Notes: generated by a model from the sequence alone, not told the origin. A stretch of DNA of 64,000 nt from a candidate division WWE3 bacterium (GCA_052035175.1 JBPOHV010000001.1:366773-430772), one strand, 5' to 3'. Positions 31,210 to 39,999 are shown, counted from the stretch's first letter. Numbers and translations are program-made.

Positions 31210-31890
31210 ATGAGCATTATTGGTCAAGTAATAAGCTTTTTGGAAATTTTATCTCTAAAAGTACCTGTTTTAATTTTTGTATTTATAGGTGGTTTACTCG
31301 AAGAAATCGTCGCTCCAATTCCTTCTCCTTTGGTCATGTCGGCTACGGGAACTTTAATAAATACACAGCAAAAGGGTGTACTCTTTCTTTTACTCGCCGG
31401 TCTAGTTGGTAGTGTAGCCAAAACTATTGGTTGCTGGTTTTGGTACGTTTTAGCAGATAAAGGTGAAGATTTTATACTTTCTAGGTTTGGTAAATATATA
31501 GGCTTTAGCCATAAAGAAGTAGAATCAATTGGTAAACATTTTAAAAACAGCGAAAATGATTTTTTGATACTACTGTTAACGCGTGCAATTCCACTTATGC
31601 CTACAACACCTGTCTCTGTTGTCGCGGGCATAATTAAGCTTGATATGAAGAAGTATTTATTAGCTAGCTTTGCAGGTAATTTTATAAGAAATATGATGTT
31701 TTTGTACATCGGTTATGTCGGAGGAGAAGCTTACAAAGATTTACTCAATGGTTTAAGCAATATAGAATCGTTAGTGCAAATTATAATCGGTTTGATTTTA
31801 GTAGGTTTTGTAGGTTATGTGTATTGGAAGAGAAATAAGACCAGTGATCCTATTCAAGATTTTTTCAACAAGTTTGTAAAGAAAAAATAA
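31210..31890 (+). CDS. DedA/VTT-domain membrane protein
   Basis: EEIVAPIPS and R.IP.MP…S..AG motifs; hydrophobic. Confidence 0.85.
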   Translation: MSIIGQVISFLEILSLKVPVLIFVFIGGLLEEIVAPIPSPLVMSATGTLINTQQKGVLFLLLAGLVGSVAKTIGCWFWYVLADKGEDFILSRFGKYIGFSHKEVESIGKHFKNSENDFLILLLTRAIPLMPTTPVSVVAGIIKLDMKKYLLASFAGNFIRNMMFLYIGYVGGEAYKDLLNGLSNIESLVQIIIGLILVGFVGYVYWKRNKTSDPIQDFFNKFVKKK

Positions 31891-31905
31891 CTTGTGAAGA
31901 AGTAA

Positions 31906-32535
31906 TTAAGAATATCTTCTAACAACTCCAGTTACTTTACCTTGTACTTGTAAATTTTCAGCGTCTACATATATAGGTGCCATATTTTTGTTTGCGGGTT
32001 GCAACCTAATTTGACCATTTTTTTCTCTATAAAAAGTTTTGAGCGTAGCAAAGTTGTTATCGATCAAAGCTACTACTATATCGCCATCGTTGGCGGTTTC
32101 TTGTTGTTGTATAACAACATGATCTCCATCAAAGATACCCATATCAATCATGGAGTCACCTCTGACTTGTAACACATAACTTCTTCGATTTTTTGAAACC
32201 ATGTCGCTAGAGACCAAAACTGTTTCATATTGGTTTTCGTTTGCTTCAATAGGTTCTCCAGCTGCAATGAATCCCATTAGTGGAAGCTCTATCGAGTTAA
32301 GCGACGCGTTGTAAGACATGTCTGTAATTTCTATACCTCTTACAGCGCCATCATAGCGTTTGATAACGCCTTTCTTTTCTAAGGTTTGTAGGTGTTCGTG
32401 GACTGTAGCTAAGGAAGAAAGGCTCATAGCATCTGCGATTTCTCGAAGAGTAGGGGAGCTGTTGTTAACTTGTATATACTGAGAAATGTATTCTATTATT
32501 TGTTTTTGTTTTTTATATAAAGTTATAGGACTCAT
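31906..32535 (-). CDS. lexA: SOS repressor LexA
   Basis: PTLREIA HTH, IAAG cleavage site, GDSM, ATLK. Confidence 0.96.
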   Translation of the reverse strand: MSPITLYKKQKQIIEYISQYIQVNNSSPTLREIADAMSLSSLATVHEHLQTLEKKGVIKRYDGAVRGIEITDMSYNASLNSIELPLMGFIAAGEPIEANENQYETVLVSSDMVSKNRRSYVLQVRGDSMIDMGIFDGDHVVIQQQETANDGDIVVALIDNNFATLKTFYREKNGQIRLQPANKNMAPIYVDAENLQVQGKVTGVVRRYS

Positions 32536-32549
32536 ATGTTATTAGAGTA

Positions 32550-32565
32550 CCGAAAGTAACCCGAA
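32550..32565 (-). promoter_or_regulatory. Putative LexA box TTCGG-N6-TTCGG upstream of lexA
   Basis: CCGAA at 32550 and 32561 on the + strand. Equivalent sites occur at uvrB and uvrA. Confidence 0.7.
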
Positions 32566-32584
32566 TATGTCAAGGGGGAATTTT

Positions 32585-32615
32585 ATATAGGGCTAAGCCT
32601 GGTTAAACCCTATAT
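32585..32615. repeat. Palindromic repeat family B, copy 3
   Basis: ATATAGGGCTAAGCCTGGTTAAACCCTATAT. 32598-32613 is the exact reverse complement of 33089-33104. Confidence 0.8.
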
Positions 32616-32627
32616 TAGTCTGATACA

Positions 32628-32670
32628 AATTGTACTATAATTGTACTATTTGGCTGTTTTGGCTTATAAT
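32628..32670 (+). promoter_or_regulatory. Sigma70-type promoter overlapping a tandem 11-bp repeat
   Basis: AATTGTACTAT twice (32628-32649); TTGTAC (32641)-N18-TATAAT (32665). Confidence 0.6.
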
Positions 32671-32722
32671 TGCTTTAGCAATCTTCTGGGATGCGGAGGC
32701 GTCAAGGAAAAGGAGGTTTGAT

Positions 32723-33046
32723 ATGAAATTCATTAAGGGTGCAGTTTTTGCACTCTTTTTAATTCTCATAGCTGGGATGGCGGTGCAAGCCGCTGCCCAG
32801 CCTGCACGCGATAGCGTGCAAATCACACTCGCCAGCGGTGTCGCTGGTGAGATCACTGAAAAAACTGTGAGCTGCGGAAAAGTGCAGCTTACTTTTTTTT
32901 CAGACAATACACTTTTCGCCCCTGGAGTACGGGGCGAAAGAGGAAAGCTGATTTTCGAAGGGGGAATTGAACTTACGGTCACCGTCCAAAACTTGGACGG
33001 TGGTATAAAGTACACTGCGACCTCAGTCGGGTGTACTTTTAATTAA
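32723..33046 (+). CDS. Small secreted beta-rich hypothetical protein (107 aa), SD-led, enclosed by a 16-bp inverted repeat
   Basis: AGGAGG at 32711-32716; signal peptide ending AVQA/AAA. GGGATGCGGAGGCGTC (32688-32703) pairs with GATGCCTCCGCATCCC (33062-33077). Confidence 0.75.
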   Translation: MKFIKGAVFALFLILIAGMAVQAAAQPARDSVQITLASGVAGEITEKTVSCGKVQLTFFSDNTLFAPGVRGERGKLIFEGGIELTVTVQNLDGGIKYTATSVGCTFN

Positions 33047-33088
33047 GTTTCAAATCACAAGGATGCCTCCGCATCCCCCTTCGTACTA

Positions 33089-33112
33089 ATAGGGTTTAAC
33101 CAGGTTTAACCT
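33089..33112. repeat. Palindromic repeat family B, copy 4
   Basis: ATAGGGTTTAACCAGGTTTAACCT, inverted relative to copy 3. Confidence 0.75.
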
Positions 33113-33191
33113 TTTAATCTTATTATCCAATTTATGCTAATCATTGCTACTAGCGTATGCTATTAGAAGTAAACATAGGTAGTTGTGCGAC

Positions 33192-33215
33192 AGGCTTAGC
33201 CTGGCCTAGCCCTTA
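33192..33215. repeat. Palindromic repeat family B, copy 5
   Basis: AGGCTTAGCC-T-GGCCTAGCCCTTA, near-identical to copy 2. Confidence 0.75.
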
Positions 33216-33232
33216 GGTCATATGTTAGAATG

Positions 33233-33248
33233 TTCGGGATATGTTCGA
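33233..33248 (+). promoter_or_regulatory. Putative LexA box at the uvrB start
   Basis: TTCGG (33233)-N6-TTCGA (33244), overlapping the ATG. Confidence 0.65.
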
Positions 33249-35316
33249 TATTTTTTCATCTTATTCACCAACAGGAGATCAGCCAACGGCAATAGACCAG
33301 CTTACTAAAGGAGTACTTGGTGGTGTTAAAAACCAAACATTATTAGGAGTAACCGGTAGCGGTAAAACATTTACAATAGCAAACGTTATAAAAAATGTTT
33401 CAAAACCTACACTTATACTTTCACACAATAAAACTTTGGCTGCACAGCTTTATCAAGAGTTCAGAGAATTTTTTCCGAATAATGCAGTTGAATACTTTGT
33501 AAGCTATTATGACTATTATCAGCCAGAAAGTTATATCCCATCTACAGATACTTATATAGAAAAAGACGCAGATATAAACGACATGATTGATCGACTTAGG
33601 CTGTCTGCGACTACATCGTTGATGACGCGCAAAGACGTTATTGTAATTTCTTCAGTTTCTTGCATTTATAATCTTGGTTCACCTGCAGAATATTCAAAAA
33701 TGGCTATCGAAGTACGTAAAGGTATGAAGATACGTGCTGTCGATTTACTCAAAAGACTTTCACAAATATATTACGAACGTAATGAGTTTGAGTTTAAGCG
33801 CGGTACATATCGTGTGCGCGGTGATGTCATAGATATATTTCCAGCATATGTAGAGTATGCAGTGCGGTTGGAAATATTTGATGATATTTTGGTAAATGCT
33901 TCATTCTTTGATCCTTTGACTGGTGACGCGTTAAATACTGTAGGTGCTCCAAGTACAAGACAAGGCAGCCATACTCGGTCTGTTACTCAGGATGAAAAAG
34001 ATTATGCTCTGCATCGTTTGAATGAAAGTGGGCTTATTTTAATATATCCAGCCAAACACTATATTGCTGCAGAAGATAGGCGAGAATCGGCAATTGAACA
34101 AATTAAATCTGATTTAGCTTTACGCTTACAAGACTTGAAGCAGCAAGGAAGAAGCATCGAAGCTTATCGCCTTGAGCAAAGAACAAATTATGATTTGGAA
34201 ATGATGGAAGAAATAGGTTACTGCAAAGGCATTGAAAACTATTCTAGATATTTCGACGGACGAAACCCTGGTGATACACCTTATTCTTTGTTGGAGTTCT
34301 TTCCAAAAGATTATTTGTTAGTAATAGATGAGTCACATATAACTGTACCTCAAGTAAGAGGTATGTATAACGGTGATCGTTCGCGTAAGCAAACACTTAT
34401 AGATTATGGGTTTAGACTGCCATCGGCTTTGGATAACAGGCCACTAAACTTCACAGAATTTATGTCAAAGCTCAATCAAGCTATATATATAAGCGCGACT
34501 CCTTCAGAATGGGAGTTGAGTATGTCTGCAGGACATGTAGCTGAGCAATTGATTAGGCCAACAGGTATAGTTGACCCGGAAGTTACTATTTTGCCAACTC
34601 AAAATCAGATACACGATTTGTTAGATCGCATTAAAGCAAAAGTTGCAAATAATCAAAGAGTTTTGGTGACTACTTTGACTAAAAAAATGTCTGAAGAGTT
34701 GGCATCTTTTTTGACTGAAAAAGGTATTAAGGTTACTTATTTGCATTCTGATGTAGAAACTTTGGAACGGACAAATATTTTGGATGATTTGCGAAAAGGT
34801 GAGTATGACGTTTTGGTAGGCATAAACCTTTTGCGCGAAGGTTTGGATTTACCAGAAGTTTCTTTGGTAGCAATTTTGGATGCTGATAAAGAAGGCTTCT
34901 TGAGATCTGATACTTCCTTGATTCAAACTATGGGACGTGCGGCGCGCCACTTGCAAGGCGAAGTCGTGATGTATGCTGATAGTGTAACTGGCAGTATGCA
35001 GCGTGCGCTCGACGAAGTGGCGCGCCGCCGTGAAATCCAAAGAGCATACAACGAAAAACACCATATATCTCCAACTCAAATCTTCAAACCAATACGCCAA
35101 AAGTTAATCGATGAATATGTCGAGGAAATTGTTAATAAAGCTAAGAAATTTGAGACCGATGTAGATTATAAATCTATGCCACCAAAAGAAGTAAATAAAG
35201 AGGTAAAACGCATGGAAGCCGAAATGAAACTTGAAGCCGAGAATTTAAACTTTGAACGCGCAGCTGCTTTGCGAGATAAAATAAGAGAAATTAAAGGCTA
35301 TTTATCCAAGCAATAG
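33241..35316 (+). CDS. uvrB: Excinuclease ABC subunit B
   Basis: GVTGSGKT, YYDYYQPE, DESH, GINLLREGLD, C-terminal UVR domain. Confidence 0.98.
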   Translation: MFDIFSSYSPTGDQPTAIDQLTKGVLGGVKNQTLLGVTGSGKTFTIANVIKNVSKPTLILSHNKTLAAQLYQEFREFFPNNAVEYFVSYYDYYQPESYIPSTDTYIEKDADINDMIDRLRLSATTSLMTRKDVIVISSVSCIYNLGSPAEYSKMAIEVRKGMKIRAVDLLKRLSQIYYERNEFEFKRGTYRVRGDVIDIFPAYVEYAVRLEIFDDILVNASFFDPLTGDALNTVGAPSTRQGSHTRSVTQDEKDYALHRLNESGLILIYPAKHYIAAEDRRESAIEQIKSDLALRLQDLKQQGRSIEAYRLEQRTNYDLEMMEEIGYCKGIENYSRYFDGRNPGDTPYSLLEFFPKDYLLVIDESHITVPQVRGMYNGDRSRKQTLIDYGFRLPSALDNRPLNFTEFMSKLNQAIYISATPSEWELSMSAGHVAEQLIRPTGIVDPEVTILPTQNQIHDLLDRIKAKVANNQRVLVTTLTKKMSEELASFLTEKGIKVTYLHSDVETLERTNILDDLRKGEYDVLVGINLLREGLDLPEVSLVAILDADKEGFLRSDTSLIQTMGRAARHLQGEVVMYADSVTGSMQRALDEVARRREIQRAYNEKHHISPTQIFKPIRQKLIDEYVEEIVNKAKKFETDVDYKSMPPKEVNKEVKRMEAEMKLEAENLNFERAAALRDKIREIKGYLSKQ

Positions 35317-35337
35317 TATTATTAGTATAATAATCAT

Positions 35338-36741
35338 ATGCCTAACCACACAAAGTATGGTGATCTTTTTGGAGATAGTATGCCGGCAGAGGCGCATAGA
35401 CCTGCCAGATATTATTTTGCGCATGGTCAGCCGGTAGAGCGTTGGGAGGCTGAGCTGTTGGTTACTCCAGAAGTTCTAGATATTACGCAGAAGTTAGCTG
35501 GTGATGGCTCTGCAGTTTTAGCTGGAGGTACTGGCTTATATGCTACCTATGGCGGAAATATTCATAAAAGAGATTACGATATTACAGTTGCTGATTTACC
35601 TTTAACTGCCAACTCCACATTAGCATCATTAGGTTATGCGTATGTTTCTGGTGATTATGCTCAGCGATACAAAAAGGGGAATGTAACAATAGATATATTA
35701 AGTGCTAAACGTGTAGCTGATGCTAGTATACATGAGTTAACTAGCTTAAAATCCCAGTTACTTCAATTATCACTGCCAGGGGATGTAATGTCTAAAGCAC
35801 TTGAGCAAATTGTACGTTCAGAAAAGCTGTTGCTATCCAATGTGCTCGAATATCAAATGCGTGCGAATTGTTTTTTCAATATCGAGTTATTGGGGTATGG
35901 AGTTGATAATGCAGGGGCTATTTCTGTATTTGATGCAGGGCACATCCTTCAGGATCCAAATGAGATACACAGCTTGGATCATGCTTATAAAGCTGGCACG
36001 TTGCCGCATGCTCCTAGATACACCGTAAATACGTATTCAACGCGTAATACATTCACACAATTAATTACTGCTACAGCTGGTTCTGAACACCCACTAATGT
36101 TCACCTCAGATATGATTATGTGGTACCTAGAGAATTATGGTAGAAGCATGAGTAAATGTGCAAAAAATGATGCATCTCTTCCTTACAGTCAGTCGGCGTA
36201 TATCGACTATACTACTATTATAGATCTTGTTTTAAAAGGTGACGCACCATTTAAAGTTTCTAAGGATCTTTTAGATAAATTGCAAACTCGAGGTTTTTCA
36301 TCTTTAGAGAGTTTTGTACGTGCAAATATATGTCGCCATTTTGTGCAAGCTTTTATTTATAACCCAGAAAAGGCTATAGAGTTTTTATTTACTGAAGGGG
36401 ATATTGTTGCACCAGCACTTATGCCTAGTGTAGCATTAGGTGAAGGTGATCATAGAAGGACTACACGTGTAAGCATGTTGAGTTTGGCGGAAAAGGCCTT
36501 TCCTAAAAAGAAAGTTTGGGCGAGAGTTCCTGAATTTAGCTCCTCGCATCATCTTCAAACTGAAAAGTATGTACACTTACCGCAAAGTGTAGAACAGGCA
36601 CTGGCATTTTTATTGGTTGGGTTAAATGCAGGTGATTCTGTTGATGAGCTTTTAGCTTATTGGGCATCGATTGAAGGATTTAAAATGAATATAGATAAAA
36701 CTGAAATTGAAAAAGCTATGGTAGCTTTTAAAAAGTTATAA
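35338..36741 (+). CDS. Hypothetical protein with a divergent nucleotidyltransferase (CCA/poly(A) polymerase-like) head
   Basis: LAGGTG…RDYDIT fits the hG[GS]…DxD motif. RANCFFNIELLGY…VFDAG resembles RRDFTINAMAY…IDPFG. Confidence 0.5.
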   Translation: MPNHTKYGDLFGDSMPAEAHRPARYYFAHGQPVERWEAELLVTPEVLDITQKLAGDGSAVLAGGTGLYATYGGNIHKRDYDITVADLPLTANSTLASLGYAYVSGDYAQRYKKGNVTIDILSAKRVADASIHELTSLKSQLLQLSLPGDVMSKALEQIVRSEKLLLSNVLEYQMRANCFFNIELLGYGVDNAGAISVFDAGHILQDPNEIHSLDHAYKAGTLPHAPRYTVNTYSTRNTFTQLITATAGSEHPLMFTSDMIMWYLENYGRSMSKCAKNDASLPYSQSAYIDYTTIIDLVLKGDAPFKVSKDLLDKLQTRGFSSLESFVRANICRHFVQAFIYNPEKAIEFLFTEGDIVAPALMPSVALGEGDHRRTTRVSMLSLAEKAFPKKKVWARVPEFSSSHHLQTEKYVHLPQSVEQALAFLLVGLNAGDSVDELLAYWASIEGFKMNIDKTEIEKAMVAFKKL

Positions 36742-36743
36742 TT

Positions 36744-37982
36744 ATGAAGCCTGTAGTATCTAATGCTTTACTCGAGCGTTTTTCTACTATGCTTATCGAT
36801 CAGGCTAGAGATTTGGATACCAGTATCACAACTTTTCGTGGTAGTTGGGTAACCTCTATTTTGATGTATTTAGCCAGAGAGCGCCGACATACGTATCTTA
36901 AGAATGCACAGGTAATTTTGCCTATCAGTGTTAAAAGCTTATATACAGATAAGAATGCAACGTTTGGTAATACATATAATTATTACAAAGAATTCTATAA
37001 AAATTTGACTATATCAACTCACACTGACTTAGAGAGTTTAATTTATGCACTTACGCATGGCGCTGATTACAAAGTTACGATATTGGCTAACGGGTTTGGT
37101 ACTCTTTTACAAACTAACAACACACATTTCAGTGCAGCAATCGCTTTAAGAGAGTTGAAAAAAATAAATCCTAAAAATGTGAGCTTTATCTTTGTTAATA
37201 CTGTAGAAATTTATCCTACCGATATACAACAAATCCCTGGATTGATGTCTAGCTTCTTACAAAACATGCGTTGGCAGCAAGACTTTGTTATTGATAAGGA
37301 AAGTGTAGCTAATATTTTATGTAATGAAACAGGTAAGCGAGAGTATGAAGAGAACGATTTATTAATATCAAAAGTATTTGAATACGCATATAATGATCCT
37401 TCTGTAGTGCAAATCATAGGAAAAAATCTATTAATTGACGCAGACTTTGAGAGGCAACTTTTGTCTGCTGGTAGCATTGCTGACCTATATGAAGTGATAG
37501 GTAAAGATAAGCTTGATTCACGTTATCGCCAGATTTTGAGCAGCCTAAAAAAAGAATCAAGGCAAAGTTTGCAGTATTATCTTGAATCTGACAATTCTGC
37601 GCATTTACCGACGATTTACTTGTTAAAAACAAATTTACTTGTTAGGAGTCATGATAGCTATAAGGCAATGAACCCTCTTTTTGATCACTATTTAAAGTCT
37701 GTAGACTTTCACTCAGCAGACATTTATGAATCAAGCGTTGATAAGCTAACGCGTGCATTAACTGGTCAAGAGCAGCAACTCTTTAATCTGTTACAAGTTA
37801 AACATGGCAAATTTGCTACCAAAGACGAAATCGCTCAAACTATTTGGGGAGATACTTGGCAAGATGTGTATAGTGACTGGGCAATTGATAAGCTTGTCTC
37901 TACACTACGCAAAAAACTTGTAGACAATAATTATGAAAAGACAATAAAAGCAGTGAGAAACAAAGGTATTATGTTAGTTTGA
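36744..37982 (+). CDS. Transcriptional regulator with C-terminal OmpR/PhoB-type winged helix and degenerate P-loop-like N-terminal region
   Basis: TKDEIAQTIWG…SDWAIDKLVSTLRKKL…IKAVRNKG (Trans_reg_C). FRGSWVTSIL resembles a decayed Walker A. Confidence 0.8.
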   Translation: MKPVVSNALLERFSTMLIDQARDLDTSITTFRGSWVTSILMYLARERRHTYLKNAQVILPISVKSLYTDKNATFGNTYNYYKEFYKNLTISTHTDLESLIYALTHGADYKVTILANGFGTLLQTNNTHFSAAIALRELKKINPKNVSFIFVNTVEIYPTDIQQIPGLMSSFLQNMRWQQDFVIDKESVANILCNETGKREYEENDLLISKVFEYAYNDPSVVQIIGKNLLIDADFERQLLSAGSIADLYEVIGKDKLDSRYRQILSSLKKESRQSLQYYLESDNSAHLPTIYLLKTNLLVRSHDSYKAMNPLFDHYLKSVDFHSADIYESSVDKLTRALTGQEQQLFNLLQVKHGKFATKDEIAQTIWGDTWQDVYSDWAIDKLVSTLRKKLVDNNYEKTIKAVRNKGIMLV

Positions 37983-38021
37983 ACTTGGTTAGCTAAAAAA
38001 TCCTAGTAAGAAAAGAAATAC

Positions 38022-38046
38022 ACCTGCATCTATCAAGCAGGTTTTT
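38022..38046 (+). terminator. Rho-independent terminator after the wHTH gene
   Basis: ACCTGC-N9-GCAGGT followed by TTTT. Confidence 0.6.
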
Positions 38047-38087
38047 ATAATAAAGTCGCTAAAATGTTTATTGGCTTCAAGCTATTT

Positions 38088-38130
38088 ACTCATTTTCGCT
38101 CAGCCGCCACGCCTTGCTATAGGATAACAT
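38088..38130 (+). promoter_or_regulatory. ACTCA-box promoter 1
   Basis: ACTCA-TTTTC-GCTCA (38088-38102), 22 nt, then TAACAT (38125). Confidence 0.65.
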
Positions 38131-38167
38131 CTTTTCTAATAATCTTATGTTCAAAAGGAGTTAGCAA

Positions 38168-38467
38168 ATGAAAACCGGCTGGTTTTTTGCAATAATCTTC
38201 GCAGTAGTGGCTTTAATCATAGCGACACATCTAGCTTATCAACAGCCATATCTGCAAACCCTGGATCTTTATCCGGGGTCTCACGTCAAATTAAATAATG
38301 TGGATTTTTTCATGGATGAAGAAACTGGTTTTTCTGCTTCGGCTTCATGCTTGGGATCTCTGAAGCTTTATGGTGACCAGAAAGATCATTATGGATTTAC
38401 GTGTAACAACATCGACTTTGATGTTGTGTACAGCGAATCTGTAACAAAGATTTCTTGGGCTCCCTAG
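38168..38467 (+). CDS. Small exported/anchored beta-rich protein ('ISW' family, copy 1)
   Basis: AAGGAG at 38155-38160; N-terminal hydrophobic segment; similar to the 40787 product. Confidence 0.75.
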   Translation: MKTGWFFAIIFAVVALIIATHLAYQQPYLQTLDLYPGSHVKLNNVDFFMDEETGFSASASCLGSLKLYGDQKDHYGFTCNNIDFDVVYSESVTKISWAP

Positions 38468-38468
38468 G

Positions 38469-38542
38469 AAAAGAGCGGGTTTGGACTCGTAGATACAGAT
38501 TAGCTTTGGCTAGTTTTTGTTTACGGTCCGACCCGCTTTTTT
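38469..38542 (+). ncRNA. Bulged-U long hairpin, copy 1 (with U-tract)
   Basis: GAGCGGGTTTGGAC-T(38487)-CGTAGATA…TGTTTACG-GTCCGACCCGCTTTTTT, with G·U pairs on the + strand. Confidence 0.7.
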
Positions 38543-38566
38543 AGTTGTGTTAGTAAGCATTTTTCT

Positions 38567-38609
38567 ACTCAGTTTTACTCAAGCCGATATAACCTATAGC
38601 TCGTATCAT
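38567..38609 (+). promoter_or_regulatory. ACTCA-box promoter 2
   Basis: ACTCA-GTTTT-ACTCA (38567-38581), 22 nt, then TATCAT (38604). Confidence 0.7.
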
Positions 38610-38788
38610 ATCTTCATACAATTGAATAGAACTTTGACATCCAAATACTTTTCACTAGAACTCTAGAAGGAGGCTTTTTAGGCTTAACTGCGCTGTCGAG
38701 CTTATAAAGCCTTCTTTTATGAGAAGGTTCCCCAATGTGGGGAAATGCTAATAATCGCCGCAGTTGTGGCCAAGTCAAGGAGCTTGAT

Positions 38789-39076
38789 ATGTCTCGAATC
38801 AATGAACTTTTCACAAATCCAGTTGTAACCTTTTTGTGGTTTTTAATCCCGACCGGGGTACTCTGGTTCTTTGGGGTTGTGGCCCTTGGTATGGGTAGCA
38901 GTCTTGGAGATCTCTTGTTCGGAGCTGTCTTTGGCGGCGCCGTAACTGCATTCTTTTTTACAGTGTCTATGGAGGCGAAAAGTCGTGGGGAGCCCGGTTG
39001 GTTTTACACCTTCTTGATCTTTGGGCTCATTTCCATTGCAATTCCCATCACTGCTTTCATTAAAGCAGCTTATTAG
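38789..39076 (+). CDS. Small 3-TM membrane protein ('NP..T' family, copy 1)
   Basis: AAGGAG at 38777-38782 supports the ATG at 38789. Three hydrophobic segments; similar to the 41049 product. Confidence 0.75.
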   Translation: MSRINELFTNPVVTFLWFLIPTGVLWFFGVVALGMGSSLGDLLFGAVFGGAVTAFFFTVSMEAKSRGEPGWFYTFLIFGLISIAIPITAFIKAAY

Positions 39077-39086
39077 GCTGTACCTA

Positions 39087-39147
39087 GGTGGGCGAGGTGC
39101 TCATGGATAAAGATCTTAAGATCTCACACCATGGCACCTCGCTCACT
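39087..39147 (+). ncRNA. Bulged-U long hairpin, copy 2
   Basis: GTGGGCGAGGTGC-T(39101)-CATGG-ATAA-AGATCT-TA-AGATCT-CACA-CCATG-GCACCTCGCTCAC. Confidence 0.75.
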
Positions 39148-39264
39148 AAATCAATTACTAGAAAAAAGTTTGTACTAGATTTCAAAAAATGAAAGTTAGT
39201 ATGAGCTTTCTTCTGGAAAAATCTAGATGAAAGGTATTATGTTGCGTTGAGTAAGGAGTTAGTA

Positions 39265-39972
39265 ATGTCTCAGAAAATCTTGTCTTTTGGTCTCGCCCTG
39301 TTCGTGGCCTTTATGGCCGCTTGCAGCGGAGGTGGAGAACCGCAGTCTAGTGTAGTAGTAACTGCATATGATTGCAAAGGCGATGTCTTGGATCTCCAAA
39401 ATCGAGACCAGTTTATCCTAAACGGTCAAGAAGTTTTATTTGCGGATCAAGGATTCGCAAATTATCAATTTCTTGACACAGACTGGAACCAGCTCGCTGC
39501 TGGTCCAGATAAAGTTCCGTCAGATTCAATTCATTTAGATGATGAAAAAGTCTCGTTGGCCGGATCTGACTGGAAAATCACAAACATAGGTACCACTGTA
39601 GAGGGGAAAAGCAGAATATGCTTTGAGGAATGGAACGTGAATTACATTCCTCCAACAGTGACGCCAACGCCAACCCCGGTTGGGGAAATTGGTCTGGCGC
39701 TAACCCCAACTCCAGCTTATTCCTGTCCCCAAGGCGAATTCAACTATGTTGAAATCGAAGCTGGGAATCCCCATTACTCTTCTCTTGATGGTGATACCAC
39801 TGTGGTTATCGAAAAAAATACAAGTGGTTTTTCCATTGAGGTGGTCGGAGAGTTTTACGTCAGTGGAGACGTAAGTATTGGTTATGGAGAAGAAGCCATA
39901 ATTGGCGATTACCGATTCCACATCATTCGTGGTTATGAGGACGCATTATGTGTCCTTGTGACTCCTCCTTAA
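39265..39972 (+). CDS. Putative lipoprotein with two beta-rich domains and a Pro/Thr linker
   Basis: AAGGAG at 39253-39258; lipobox-like MAAC-SGG; PPTVTPTPTP linker. Confidence 0.75.
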   Translation: MSQKILSFGLALFVAFMAACSGGGEPQSSVVVTAYDCKGDVLDLQNRDQFILNGQEVLFADQGFANYQFLDTDWNQLAAGPDKVPSDSIHLDDEKVSLAGSDWKITNIGTTVEGKSRICFEEWNVNYIPPTVTPTPTPVGEIGLALTPTPAYSCPQGEFNYVEIEAGNPHYSSLDGDTTVVIEKNTSGFSIEVVGEFYVSGDVSIGYGEEAIIGDYRFHIIRGYEDALCVLVTPP

Positions 39973-39999
39973 CCTAAGGAGTAAAACTAAGGAAATCAA

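Noticed and set aside
32635-33015. 126-aa antisense ORF, and similar shadow ORFs (e.g. 31224-31709, 40057-40374, 47508-47837, 59139-59483)
   Set aside because: They lie antisense to well-supported genes, lack initiation signals and have no recognisable motifs.
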